A program made the translations under genes and the position numbers. Of a stretch of 64,000 nucleotides of DNA, positions 20,798-29,796 are shown piece by piece (within the stretch, counting starts at the first letter, position 1; each line of letters opens with the position of its first letter). The DNA is from Bdellovibrionales bacterium (lineage in GTDB: Bacteria > Bdellovibrionota > Bdellovibrionia > Bdellovibrionales > UBA1609). The stretch is taken from positions 1 through 64,000 of the forward strand of contig CBDHDF010000007.1 of NCBI GenBank assembly GCA_965261545.1, written 5' to 3'. Under the pieces are notes generated by a model, which made no database searches, was not told where the DNA came from, and worked only from the letters and a program-made list of their open reading frames with translations.

Positions 20798-23341
20798 TCA
20801 AAAGGTGTGCTTGAAGCCAAGGCTCACACTTTGGGGTTTTCCGGGTCTCGCTCCATAGGGCCTTAGGGAAACCATATACTGTTTGGCAAATAGATTCTCC
20901 ACCCGAAGAAAGGCGTTTCCATGGGGGGAGTATTCGTATTTTCCCATCCAGTCCATAACTCCGTGGGCGTCTATGTGTCTTCGGCCCTCTTGGACGGCTT
21001 GGTCGTAAATAAGACTTTGCCAATTATAAATAAAGAAACTCGATATTTGATTCCAGGTGGTTCCTAGGGAGAGGGAAAGCTTGTGTTCTGGAATATAGGG
21101 GAGAGGGTCTTTTTTTCGAATCAGACCAAGGCCCCATTCACGATGTGTGGAAGTTACATGGTTTAAAAATTGTGCGATAGTTCTTGTGTAGCTTATATCC
21201 ACGGGAATATTCAAAGAGAAAACCTTAAAGTTGGCTCCAACATGACTTTCAAGGCCATAAATTTCAGCTTTGCCCCCGTTGAATTCGTGGTCCAGGTTCT
21301 TTTGTTCACAGCCTGAGGAAAAAGAGCAGAATCCTTTAATATTGGTGTAGTCACTGTAAAAACCAATCACTCCACCGTAGATGCTATCCGTATAAATGTT
21401 GCTTTCCCCGTAGATGTTGCTTTTTTCGTAGGAGTTGTTTTCTTCGTAAGTGGTTTTTTCCCTGTAGGTGTTTCTCTCGCTAAGCTTGCTTTTGTAAAGG
21501 TTACTTTTGCGAAGGTCACTTCTACGAAGGTTGGACTCGTACTTCAAACCCATCTCATAGTTGACACTTTCTTCAGGGCGCACCGACGAGACCTGGCCGG
21601 GGGAAACCACAGACATCCCCTTATTCACACTTAACATGACATTTAAGTTTTCTGTGGGTATGTATTGCAAACCGATTCCGGGAACAAAAAGTTGGTCATG
21701 ATTTTTTCGAGAAGTTTGTCCGGGAAGTTTGTGACGGGTTTTTATATTTTCCCATCTAGCTCTGACAGACACCTGGACTCCCATGGGAAAGCTCACATCA
21801 TCTTCAAATACCAAGGTTTGAGCTTGGGAGATGTCTGTGTTTTCGGTGTCAAGTTGAGGGGTATCTTGCTCTTCGAGCCTGTCTTGTCCTTTGGGCTTGA
21901 TTTGCCCTCTGAGCTTGTCTTGCTTCCAAGCCAATCTATGGAGGCTTCCTTCTTTCATTTCAAATGGGCTGGAGGTATGTCTTCTTTTCACTTGATCTTG
22001 GTGGTGGCGAAGCCCTAGAGATACATGATGGGCAATGGATTTGGAGCTATTAAAAAAAGAGGAATGTTTGATAAAATAAGATGTTTCTAAGGAGATGCCT
22101 CCACTGTCATATTTTCGATGGTTGTGACCCATAACAAGCTGGTCTCCTCCATGGGGAAGAATGGAATCACTTTCTCCACGAAGAACTCTAAGGAAGTGGG
22201 GGTGAAACTCCTGGGACTGCGGGTTTAAATAATCAGCGACATAGGCTCCATTTTGAAAGCCATTGATTTTGGACCACTTGCGATTCAAGTGATGATAGTA
22301 GAGACTTGCTTGAATATCTACGCTATGGGAGGCGGCAAGAGAATACTTCAGTTGGTGCTGTTGATGGCTCCACTTCATGAGATCCTTGGCTGAAGCTGCA
22401 TATCGATCAAAAGCCGATTGGGCAAAATCTTCTTCTGTCAGGCCCAGATAGGTTTCGTGGGATTTCTCACGGGCATAAGCTGTCTTCATTAAAATGCGGT
22501 GTCGTCCTTTTTGGTAGGACCCCTTCCACATGAAATCATCTTTGTTAAAACCCGTTTTTTCTCCTTGAGGAAGTTTTTTAAATCCATCGGACTCCATTCG
22601 GTGATACTCCAATAAATAGCCCCAAGGGCCCTGTGTATCTCCTGTGGAAAATGCGTATTTTTGAACCCTTCCATAGTTTATTCCCACCCGAGAGAGAGTC
22701 TTATCGGGAATGGGGTGAGTTTTAAAATGCAGAGCCCCTCCAATGGAATTGGGTCCGTATTTCACAGAGTCTAAGCCTTTGAATATTTCAATGCTGTGGG
22801 TTTTTGTTATGTTTGGAAAAAAGTAGGCAGCTGGGGCCGAGTAGGGAGCGGGAGCTATGGGAACGCCGTCTTCCATGAGAGTGATTTTCTTACTTCGATG
22901 GGGGGTAGCTCCTCTTAAGCCAATGTTGGGGCGTAGGCCAAAGCCATCCTCTTCTTGGAGGTGAATCCCTGGAACACTCTGCAAAAGTCGCATGGGGTCC
23001 CCATAATCAAACCTCTTGAGTTTTTTGGGAGAAAGGAATTGAGTGGCTCCAAAAGTGGCCTCCTCGTTGTCAGTAAAGTAAATAGATGGATCGTAAATCA
23101 CTTCAAGGACTTCCATGGGGGAGGGGCCTTGAATGTCTTTAATGTTCTTAATGTCTTTTTTATTCTGATGATAATTTTGATTGTGGCTGGGATTTCCATG
23201 GGCAAGGGGCCAGGCTGTGAAGAGTGTTGTGGCTTTTAGACCCATGCAAATGAGGGCCATGAGAAATTGCGTGAGGGGATTATTATTTGATGTTTGAGCC
23301 ACTTTAATCAGTATCTCCACCTTGATTCTTGGGACGTCCAA
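20798..23341 (-). CDS. TonB-dependent receptor (FecA-like, iron); true start probably ~23260
   Basis: EEDGFGLRPNIGLRG, RSKKITLMEDG..APAPYSAPAAY, YGPNSIGG plug; ends RPYGARPGKP...GFKHTF with terminal Phe. Confidence 0.92.
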   Translation of the reverse strand: MDVPRIKVEILIKVAQTSNNNPLTQFLMALICMGLKATTLFTAWPLAHGNPSHNQNYHQNKKDIKNIKDIQGPSPMEVLEVIYDPSIYFTDNEEATFGATQFLSPKKLKRFDYGDPMRLLQSVPGIHLQEEDGFGLRPNIGLRGATPHRSKKITLMEDGVPIAPAPYSAPAAYFFPNITKTHSIEIFKGLDSVKYGPNSIGGALHFKTHPIPDKTLSRVGINYGRVQKYAFSTGDTQGPWGYLLEYHRMESDGFKKLPQGEKTGFNKDDFMWKGSYQKGRHRILMKTAYAREKSHETYLGLTEEDFAQSAFDRYAASAKDLMKWSHQQHQLKYSLAASHSVDIQASLYYHHLNRKWSKINGFQNGAYVADYLNPQSQEFHPHFLRVLRGESDSILPHGGDQLVMGHNHRKYDSGGISLETSYFIKHSSFFNSSKSIAHHVSLGLRHHQDQVKRRHTSSPFEMKEGSLHRLAWKQDKLRGQIKPKGQDRLEEQDTPQLDTENTDISQAQTLVFEDDVSFPMGVQVSVRARWENIKTRHKLPGQTSRKNHDQLFVPGIGLQYIPTENLNVMLSVNKGMSVVSPGQVSSVRPEESVNYEMGLKYESNLRRSDLRKSNLYKSKLSERNTYREKTTYEENNSYEKSNIYGESNIYTDSIYGGVIGFYSDYTNIKGFCSFSSGCEQKNLDHEFNGGKAEIYGLESHVGANFKVFSLNIPVDISYTRTIAQFLNHVTSTHREWGLGLIRKKDPLPYIPEHKLSLSLGTTWNQISSFFIYNWQSLIYDQAVQEGRRHIDAHGVMDWMGKYEYSPHGNAFLRVENLFAKQYMVSLRPYGARPGKPQSVSLGFKHTF

Positions 23342-24734
23342 AATCAGTTGCTAACAAGAAGTCTGTCTTATAAATATCTGTGACTTTCTTTAAGTCTTGA
23401 TAAAGGGCGCAAATCTCAACATGGCGACTTTCAGTTGTTGTTGTCTTGCATTGTTCATAGTTGACATTTTGAGCCAAAGCTTCAATGTTGATGTGTTGAT
23501 GACTGAGTTTCTCAAGGTTTTGGATAAATCTTGAAGTGTGAGCTTTAAAGTTCTGAACTAATTCGAGGTGTCCTTTTTCAACGAGCCACTCTTCAAAGCC
23601 ATAGCCTTCTTTAAAATCATCATTCTTATTAGAGCTATGGTTTTTTTTTAAATTATAATCTTTTTTTAAATGATAGCCTGTCTTTAGAGAGTCTTCCCCT
23701 GGAAAGTCTCCCGTAAATATAGCCCAAAGCCCCTTGGCACTATAAAGAAGTGAGTGAATGGAGTCCTTAGATCGTAAATGTTCGCTTTGCTCAGGGCAGG
23801 AATCAAAGCCACATAGATCGTGATTGATTCCACTTGGAATACCTAGGCGACGATCTTTTATCTCCCTATCAAAGAAAATAAGTCCGTGAGTCAGGCTAAC
23901 AGCAAATCTTTTTAAGGTTTTGAAGTCCTCCTGATAGGTGGGAGCAAATATAATATCTCCATTTAGGGGTCTCCAAGCTTTTCGAAGTTGTTGAGCTTGT
24001 TCTGTAAGTATCTCCACGACAAACTGCATGTAGTGGCAGCGATTTTTTACTTTGACTTGTGTGGGCAATTGGTTCCATTCTTCTAAGGATTCAACTCCAC
24101 AGTCAATGCAATGATTCATCAAAGATTCTTCATAAATTAAATACTCAAGGGCGGCAAATCCCATGGTTGTGGGTTGCTTCTTGTAGACATAATTTTGACT
24201 GGCCTGTTTTTCGGCAATTTCTCTATCAATAGCATAAGAATTGGTGGGCCGTGAGTATATTTTTTTTCTCATGGCATATTCACTCCTGGCTATAAGTCCA
24301 ATTTGAAAAGCCTCTGTAAAATGGTAGCTTCGCATAGCTTTTAAGAAGGCTTTTTTGAGGGGATCTCGATTCCAAGTCCATTGGCTTTGGGCTACGCTAG
24401 GAATGGCTTTGCAGTGCAAAGAAATAGATTCTTTAAGTGCTATGGTGTTTTGTGCGAGTCTTTCAAAGGCAGGAAAAATAACATTCACACCAATTTGGGA
24501 AAGCCCCCACAGCCCTATTTTTGGGGAGTCCGTTGAGTTTTCAGGTTTGTCAATGGGAGTGGTGGCGGTGGAGGATGGGAGCTCTTTGTGATAACAGTTG
24601 ACCACAAGGAAGCCGGCCACCACCGAAATGGCCAAGAGACTCCACGGCCACCCTCTATTGAGAAGTCTTGTATTGAGGAGTTTCGATGCTGACTTTAGAT
24701 GAACTCCTATTTTTTTTAGGTGAGTTTCTATCAA
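23304..24734 (-). CDS. Imelysin (peptidase M75 / IrpA-like) iron-uptake lipoprotein
   Basis: Lipobox-like VVNC, GFAALEYLIY, RRLGIPSG, C-terminal GGDTD resembling the imelysin xDGD terminus. Confidence 0.8.
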   Translation of the reverse strand: MIETHLKKIGVHLKSASKLLNTRLLNRGWPWSLLAISVVAGFLVVNCYHKELPSSTATTPIDKPENSTDSPKIGLWGLSQIGVNVIFPAFERLAQNTIALKESISLHCKAIPSVAQSQWTWNRDPLKKAFLKAMRSYHFTEAFQIGLIARSEYAMRKKIYSRPTNSYAIDREIAEKQASQNYVYKKQPTTMGFAALEYLIYEESLMNHCIDCGVESLEEWNQLPTQVKVKNRCHYMQFVVEILTEQAQQLRKAWRPLNGDIIFAPTYQEDFKTLKRFAVSLTHGLIFFDREIKDRRLGIPSGINHDLCGFDSCPEQSEHLRSKDSIHSLLYSAKGLWAIFTGDFPGEDSLKTGYHLKKDYNLKKNHSSNKNDDFKEGYGFEEWLVEKGHLELVQNFKAHTSRFIQNLEKLSHQHINIEALAQNVNYEQCKTTTTESRHVEICALYQDLKKVTDIYKTDFLLATDFGRPKNQGGDTD

Positions 24735-24799
24735 ATCTATAACCTATAAGCCTATCAATCACATTAATGTTCGTTTATTAAGATATCTATGTTATAAGG

Positions 24800-26422
24800 T
24801 TATAAGATATCTGTGTTTATCTGAGAGAATCCAAAAGCTTCTTTTAAGATTTGGCGAGCTTTTAGTAAATTCTTTTTATAATTTTCAATTTCTTTATGAG
24901 GAGATTTCATAAGGGAGGGTTTATCACCGACAAGCTTGTGAAAGGTGTTAAAGTCATTTACGTTCACCTGGGAAATGGGGTTAAACTGAAACCCTAGGGC
25001 ATAGCCTTTCATGGCACTCCAATATTTAGCATGCCTTTTAAAGGAATAGTTACCGGCTTCATAGGCGTTCATTTCTTGGAGCGTGTTGTTGATATTGTGA
25101 ATGACTATGGCTGCAATGGCTTTTTCCCATAGGTTTATGGCTATTTCCCCATAGGCCCTTACATATTTTCGGTATCCGGTGGGTTTTTGACGAATTAATT
25201 CACGGCCTGCAATAAAGGCTTTCATCACATCTCTTGAAAGATCGAGGGTTCCATCACCAAGATGTTTGACTCTGAGGTCTAGGTGTCCCATGGCTTCTGC
25301 CACATCACCTATGATTTTTTCTCTCATGATAGAAATTTTTCCGTCATTATTAGAATCTTTTGATATGCCTTCTCTATGGGCGATTTGCTCATCTGTGTAG
25401 AGGGCGAAATCCCTAGGAACGCCAAGATAGCCAAAGGCTTCGTCCCAATGGTGCTCTAGGGTGGTGTGGTTTTTTGTGGACTTATAAGGAACTATATTGT
25501 CGGCACGAAGTCCTTTTTCTGGCCCCAAGTGTGTGCTGAGATAGTCACCACTGGCTTGAGAAAAGGCCACACTCATCTGCAAAAAGCTGTGGATCATTGC
25601 ACTTAGATCCAAACCATCCTCTGTGGTACCGGCTTCATTCACTTGCTCTTCCAGTGGGCGGCGGCGACCCACCCATGGATTGGTGGGAAGGGGGACAGTG
25701 AAAGAGGGGCTATGAGTTGCATTTTTGGCCAATGCCTGAAAGAGGGCTTGAATAAAATCTTCAGGTTCCACAAAGGGATCATCTTTTCGATCGGCATTGA
25801 CCTCGGAGAGATTGGTTCCGTAGAGGCTTTCAGTTTTCCACCCCCTGAGGGTTCCATGGTTTAAAGGGTTGTCATTCCCTGCAATTTTGGACCAGAGGTT
25901 TTTGTTTGGCGCTCCCAAATTATTGTAGGTTTTTCCTTCGAGAGCTTGCATTTCTTTTTCATTGAGGTTTTTAAGTTTCACTTGGTGGTGACTCTGTCCA
26001 TTGATGGAACCATGGACTTTGGTGGGGGCGAGGGATCTAAATTTAAGATAGCTATTCAAAGCATACATGGCATCTCTATTTGAGCCATGAGAGTCTCTTC
26101 TTTTGAGGGAGTTCATAAATAATTTTAAATCGTGAATGAGTATATTCCTAAACACCTGGCCAGCAAAGGAAACACTGCTTTCTTCTTCCCTAAATTGGCT
26201 TGGAAACTCATACACGGAGGGAGCTTGGTTGATTATGGCCTGAATATTGTCGGGAGCTTTTTCTAAGATTTTTTGAGCCTTTGAAATATTGGGATTGGAC
26301 CGACTTATTTCAAAGGGCAAAACGAGAGTCAGAAAAATAGTCAAAAGGAAAAGGGTAGTCAAAGTGAAAGGGATGGAGGTAGGTAAAGCGAGTTGTTGAG
26401 ATGCTGGTGTGTTCATATGCAA
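24800..26422 (-). CDS. DUF4856 family protein
   Basis: SSVSFAGQ.FR, KIAGND, TTLEHHWDEAFGY, AFIAGR, HAKYWSAMKGYALGFQFNP. Confidence 0.85.
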   Translation of the reverse strand: MHMNTPASQQLALPTSIPFTLTTLFLLTIFLTLVLPFEISRSNPNISKAQKILEKAPDNIQAIINQAPSVYEFPSQFREEESSVSFAGQVFRNILIHDLKLFMNSLKRRDSHGSNRDAMYALNSYLKFRSLAPTKVHGSINGQSHHQVKLKNLNEKEMQALEGKTYNNLGAPNKNLWSKIAGNDNPLNHGTLRGWKTESLYGTNLSEVNADRKDDPFVEPEDFIQALFQALAKNATHSPSFTVPLPTNPWVGRRRPLEEQVNEAGTTEDGLDLSAMIHSFLQMSVAFSQASGDYLSTHLGPEKGLRADNIVPYKSTKNHTTLEHHWDEAFGYLGVPRDFALYTDEQIAHREGISKDSNNDGKISIMREKIIGDVAEAMGHLDLRVKHLGDGTLDLSRDVMKAFIAGRELIRQKPTGYRKYVRAYGEIAINLWEKAIAAIVIHNINNTLQEMNAYEAGNYSFKRHAKYWSAMKGYALGFQFNPISQVNVNDFNTFHKLVGDKPSLMKSPHKEIENYKKNLLKARQILKEAFGFSQINTDIL

Positions 26423-26603
26423 GCTCCTCCTTAATTTGGTATATAGAACTTATGTTTACATAGTCAAACAAAAAAAAACAACACGCAGCATTGTTTTCAG
26501 TAACTCGTTGCGACATAAAGATGCAGTGAATCAATTTTGGTTTGGCTCATGCTTGCTCCCCGTGGTGAGTTATCTTATAAGATGAAGGTGGAGGCTTCCC
26601 TAG

Positions 26604-27680
26604 GTGCTTTATCAATGGCTTTACGAATTATCAGAATATGTCTCTTTCTTTAATGTTTTTCGCTACATCACATTTAGAACATTTACTTCATTTGTGAGTG
26701 CTTTCATTATTTGCTGGGCTCTTGGACCCAGATTTATTCGTGGCTTGATAAATAGGCAAGTGGGTCAGCGTGTGCGTGAGGATGGTCCTCAAGATCATCT
26801 TAAAAAGGAGGGAACCCCGACCATGGGGGGAGGGTTGATTCTTTTAGGAATCTTAGCTCCCACCCTCTTATGGGTGGATATAAGGAATCCACTGGTTTTT
26901 GGGGTGTTGTTTGTGACATTGGGTTTTGGAGCTGTAGGGTATTGGGATGATTACCTGAAGGTGTCGAGGAAGAATGTAAAGGGGTTATCAGGTCGATTTC
27001 GTCTCTTTGCTGAATTTCTTATTTCTCTGGTTGCCATGGGAGTTCTTGTGTATTTTGAACAAACTCGATCTGATCTGTCGATCCCCTTTTTCAAAGATGT
27101 GGTTTTTGATTTAGGTTGGCTTTATGTGCCCTTTGCCTGCTTTGTTATTGTGGGCTCGGCCAATGCCGTCAATTTGACGGATGGACTCGACGGATTGGCC
27201 ATTGTGCCTGTGATTGTTTGTGCAGGGACTTTTATGCTTTTTTCTTATATTGCTGGACACTATAACATAGCGACTTATTTAGCTATTCCCTTTGTGTCTG
27301 GGGCGGGAGAGTTGACGCCTATGGCTGCCTGTGTTGTCGCCGCAGGCTTGGGTTTTCTTTGGTATAACTCCTATCCTGCTCAGGTATTTATGGGAGATGT
27401 GGGAAGTTTGAGTTTGGGTGGTTTTTTGGGGGTGATGGCTGTGTTGACAAAGAATGAACTTCTCTTTGTCTTATTAGGTGGAATTTTTGTCGTGGAGGCT
27501 CTTTCGGTGATGACTCAAGTTGTTTCGTTTAAATTGACGGGCAAAAGGGTGTTTAGAATGGCGCCCATTCATCATCACTTTGAATTAAAGGGGCTCGATG
27601 AAACTAAAATCATTGTACGTTTCTGGATTATATCGATACTATTGGCTGTATTGAGTTTAAGTACTCTTAAATTGAGGTGA
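26604..27680 (+). CDS. mraY: Phospho-N-acetylmuramoyl-pentapeptide transferase
   Basis: [42 protein letters not shown]. Confidence 0.98.
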   Translation: MLYQWLYELSEYVSFFNVFRYITFRTFTSFVSAFIICWALGPRFIRGLINRQVGQRVREDGPQDHLKKEGTPTMGGGLILLGILAPTLLWVDIRNPLVFGVLFVTLGFGAVGYWDDYLKVSRKNVKGLSGRFRLFAEFLISLVAMGVLVYFEQTRSDLSIPFFKDVVFDLGWLYVPFACFVIVGSANAVNLTDGLDGLAIVPVIVCAGTFMLFSYIAGHYNIATYLAIPFVSGAGELTPMAACVVAAGLGFLWYNSYPAQVFMGDVGSLSLGGFLGVMAVLTKNELLFVLLGGIFVVEALSVMTQVVSFKLTGKRVFRMAPIHHHFELKGLDETKIIVRFWIISILLAVLSLSTLKLR

Positions 27681-27688
27681 GGTGAGGT

Positions 27689-29638
27689 ATGGAAAATGGG
27701 CGACAAGATCCGTCAGAAAAGTCTCTAACACATAAGAGTCACCAGGGTCAAAATGACTCAAAACAGGGTGATTCAGAACGGAGTGATTCCAGCCACAGTT
27801 CATTGAATCAAGTGAATGGAAGAGTTGGTGATGATGAGGCGAACGATAGAGTGAAAAGGAGTGATCAGAACTTGGATGATGGTTGGAATGTGTCAGGTGG
27901 AGATAATTCCTCTTGGGACGATAAGGAGTCTTTCCAAGAGAAAAAAGAAAGGCTTTATTCACATGGAGAAAGCCTTTCTCCAGAAGCCAGTTCAGAGGCT
28001 CACTCACAAGTAGATTCATCAGAAGATACGCCAACAGATTTATCGGCGAATACGCCAGAAGATACATCAATAGATTCATCGTCAGATTCAAAAGTACAGG
28101 GAGGGAAGGAACATCAGGGCTTTGCACCGTACCAACAAGGTTACTATCAACAGGAGGCTTCGCCTTCCCCGTATTCATCTTCGACAGCTTCTTCGGGTAA
28201 TAAGGCCTACGGGTCCAGACTCATGGATGTCAATGCGTTTCCAAAGGCCATCAATCCAACCAAAATAGAAGATCTTAAGGGTTTACGAATATTGGTGGTG
28301 GGTTTGGCGCGTACAGGAGTGGCCTTATGTCGTGCCCTTGCCAATGTGGGCGCCAAGATTTCCGTAAGTGATCACAAATCAAAGGCTGAACTGGTGAGTT
28401 ATTTAGAGAAAATGGAAGGCGTTGGTGTCACTTATGAACTGGGGGGGCACACACCTAAAACATTCCTGGCTCAAGATATTATTATTTTAAGTCCGGGGAT
28501 ATCTCCTAATTTGAAGATCTTTGAATATGCTCGTAGTCAAGGAGTGAGGGTGACGGGGGAGTTTGAGTTTATCTCTCGATTTATTGATGAGCCCATTGTC
28601 GCTGTGACAGGCACCAACGGCAAGACGACAGTTTGCAGCCTTATCAAAACATTTCTTGAGGAATCAGGTATTTCTTGTTGGGTTGGCGGAAGCTTTGGAG
28701 AGCCTCTTTCAACGTACTTGCAATTGAAAAACAAAGCGCAGGTAGTCATCACTGAAGTTTCATCTTTTCAATTGGAGCATGTGGAAAAGTTTAATCCCCA
28801 AAATATTGTTTTTACCAATTTGGCTGAAAATCATCTTGATCGTTATAAATTGATGGAAGGCTATGTCAATGCAAAAAGGCAGGTTTTTCTCAATACCAAC
28901 TCAGAGACCACAAGTATTCTCAATGCAGATGACAGTGCCGTGGTGGAATTGGCAAGGGACCAAACTGTTCAGCGTGGGCGGATTCTTTACTTTTCTAGAA
29001 AAGCGGCTCTTGAACCACAAATTATGCATATTGGTGGTGCCGTCGTTATGGGCGATCAGATTCATGTGAGAACAGACCCTGCCATTCACAAGTTTTACAT
29101 GGGGGAAATGAAGCTTATGGGTGCTCATTCTCAGGAAAATATGATGGCAGCAATTCTTGCAGCTAGGGAACACGGGGCCACTTCAGAGGCAATTCACCGT
29201 GTGATGGCTAGATTTGCAGGGCTTCCTCACCGCTTGGAGTATGTGCGAAAGGTAGGGGGAGTTAAGTTTTATAATGACTCCAAGGCAACCAATGTGCACG
29301 CTGTTCAAAGAGCCCTCGATAGTTTCGATGAGAATGTTATATTGGTGATGGGGGGTAAGGACACCAATCTAGATTATACACCATTAGGTCAAGATATCCG
29401 CCGTAGAGTGAAGAACTTAATTCTTGTGGGCGAGGCTAAAGAGAGAATCAACCGGGATATTGGTGATTTTAGTGAAACATTTCTTATCGGAACTTTTGAG
29501 GAAGCTATTTTGATTGCTTATCAGAAGAGTCGAATTGACGACACAGTTCTTCTTTCTCCAGGGTGCTCCAGTTTTGATATTTTTGATAACTACATTGAGC
29601 GTGGCAATTATTTTAAATCCATTGTTAATAAGTTCTAA
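27689..29638 (+). CDS. murD: UDP-MurNAc-L-Ala:D-Glu ligase with ~190-aa disordered N-terminal extension
   Basis: VVGLARTG, SPGI, VTGTNGKTT, EVSSFQLE, NHLDRY, HRLE, NDSKATN, LSPGCSSFD; RBS gaggtgaggt before ATG 27689. Confidence 0.95.
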   Translation: MENGRQDPSEKSLTHKSHQGQNDSKQGDSERSDSSHSSLNQVNGRVGDDEANDRVKRSDQNLDDGWNVSGGDNSSWDDKESFQEKKERLYSHGESLSPEASSEAHSQVDSSEDTPTDLSANTPEDTSIDSSSDSKVQGGKEHQGFAPYQQGYYQQEASPSPYSSSTASSGNKAYGSRLMDVNAFPKAINPTKIEDLKGLRILVVGLARTGVALCRALANVGAKISVSDHKSKAELVSYLEKMEGVGVTYELGGHTPKTFLAQDIIILSPGISPNLKIFEYARSQGVRVTGEFEFISRFIDEPIVAVTGTNGKTTVCSLIKTFLEESGISCWVGGSFGEPLSTYLQLKNKAQVVITEVSSFQLEHVEKFNPQNIVFTNLAENHLDRYKLMEGYVNAKRQVFLNTNSETTSILNADDSAVVELARDQTVQRGRILYFSRKAALEPQIMHIGGAVVMGDQIHVRTDPAIHKFYMGEMKLMGAHSQENMMAAILAAREHGATSEAIHRVMARFAGLPHRLEYVRKVGGVKFYNDSKATNVHAVQRALDSFDENVILVMGGKDTNLDYTPLGQDIRRRVKNLILVGEAKERINRDIGDFSETFLIGTFEEAILIAYQKSRIDDTVLLSPGCSSFDIFDNYIERGNYFKSIVNKF

Positions 29639-29796
29639 GGGGAAGCTCACCACTTTTTTTGGGGGTCTCAGATTGGGGCCTCAGAATAACTGGTTTTTGG
29701 ACCCACCCATAGTCCATAAAGGTTTTTTGTCGCTCTTCTGGAGTTTGTAAACTCTTAAAGAAAATAGGAGTTTAAGCCGATCAAGCATCAGTTATT

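Noticed and set aside
26422..26604. Fur box upstream of the iron operon (also near 17425)
   Set aside because: Only half-site-like matches (TGAAAAC, TGATAAT); no convincing palindrome.
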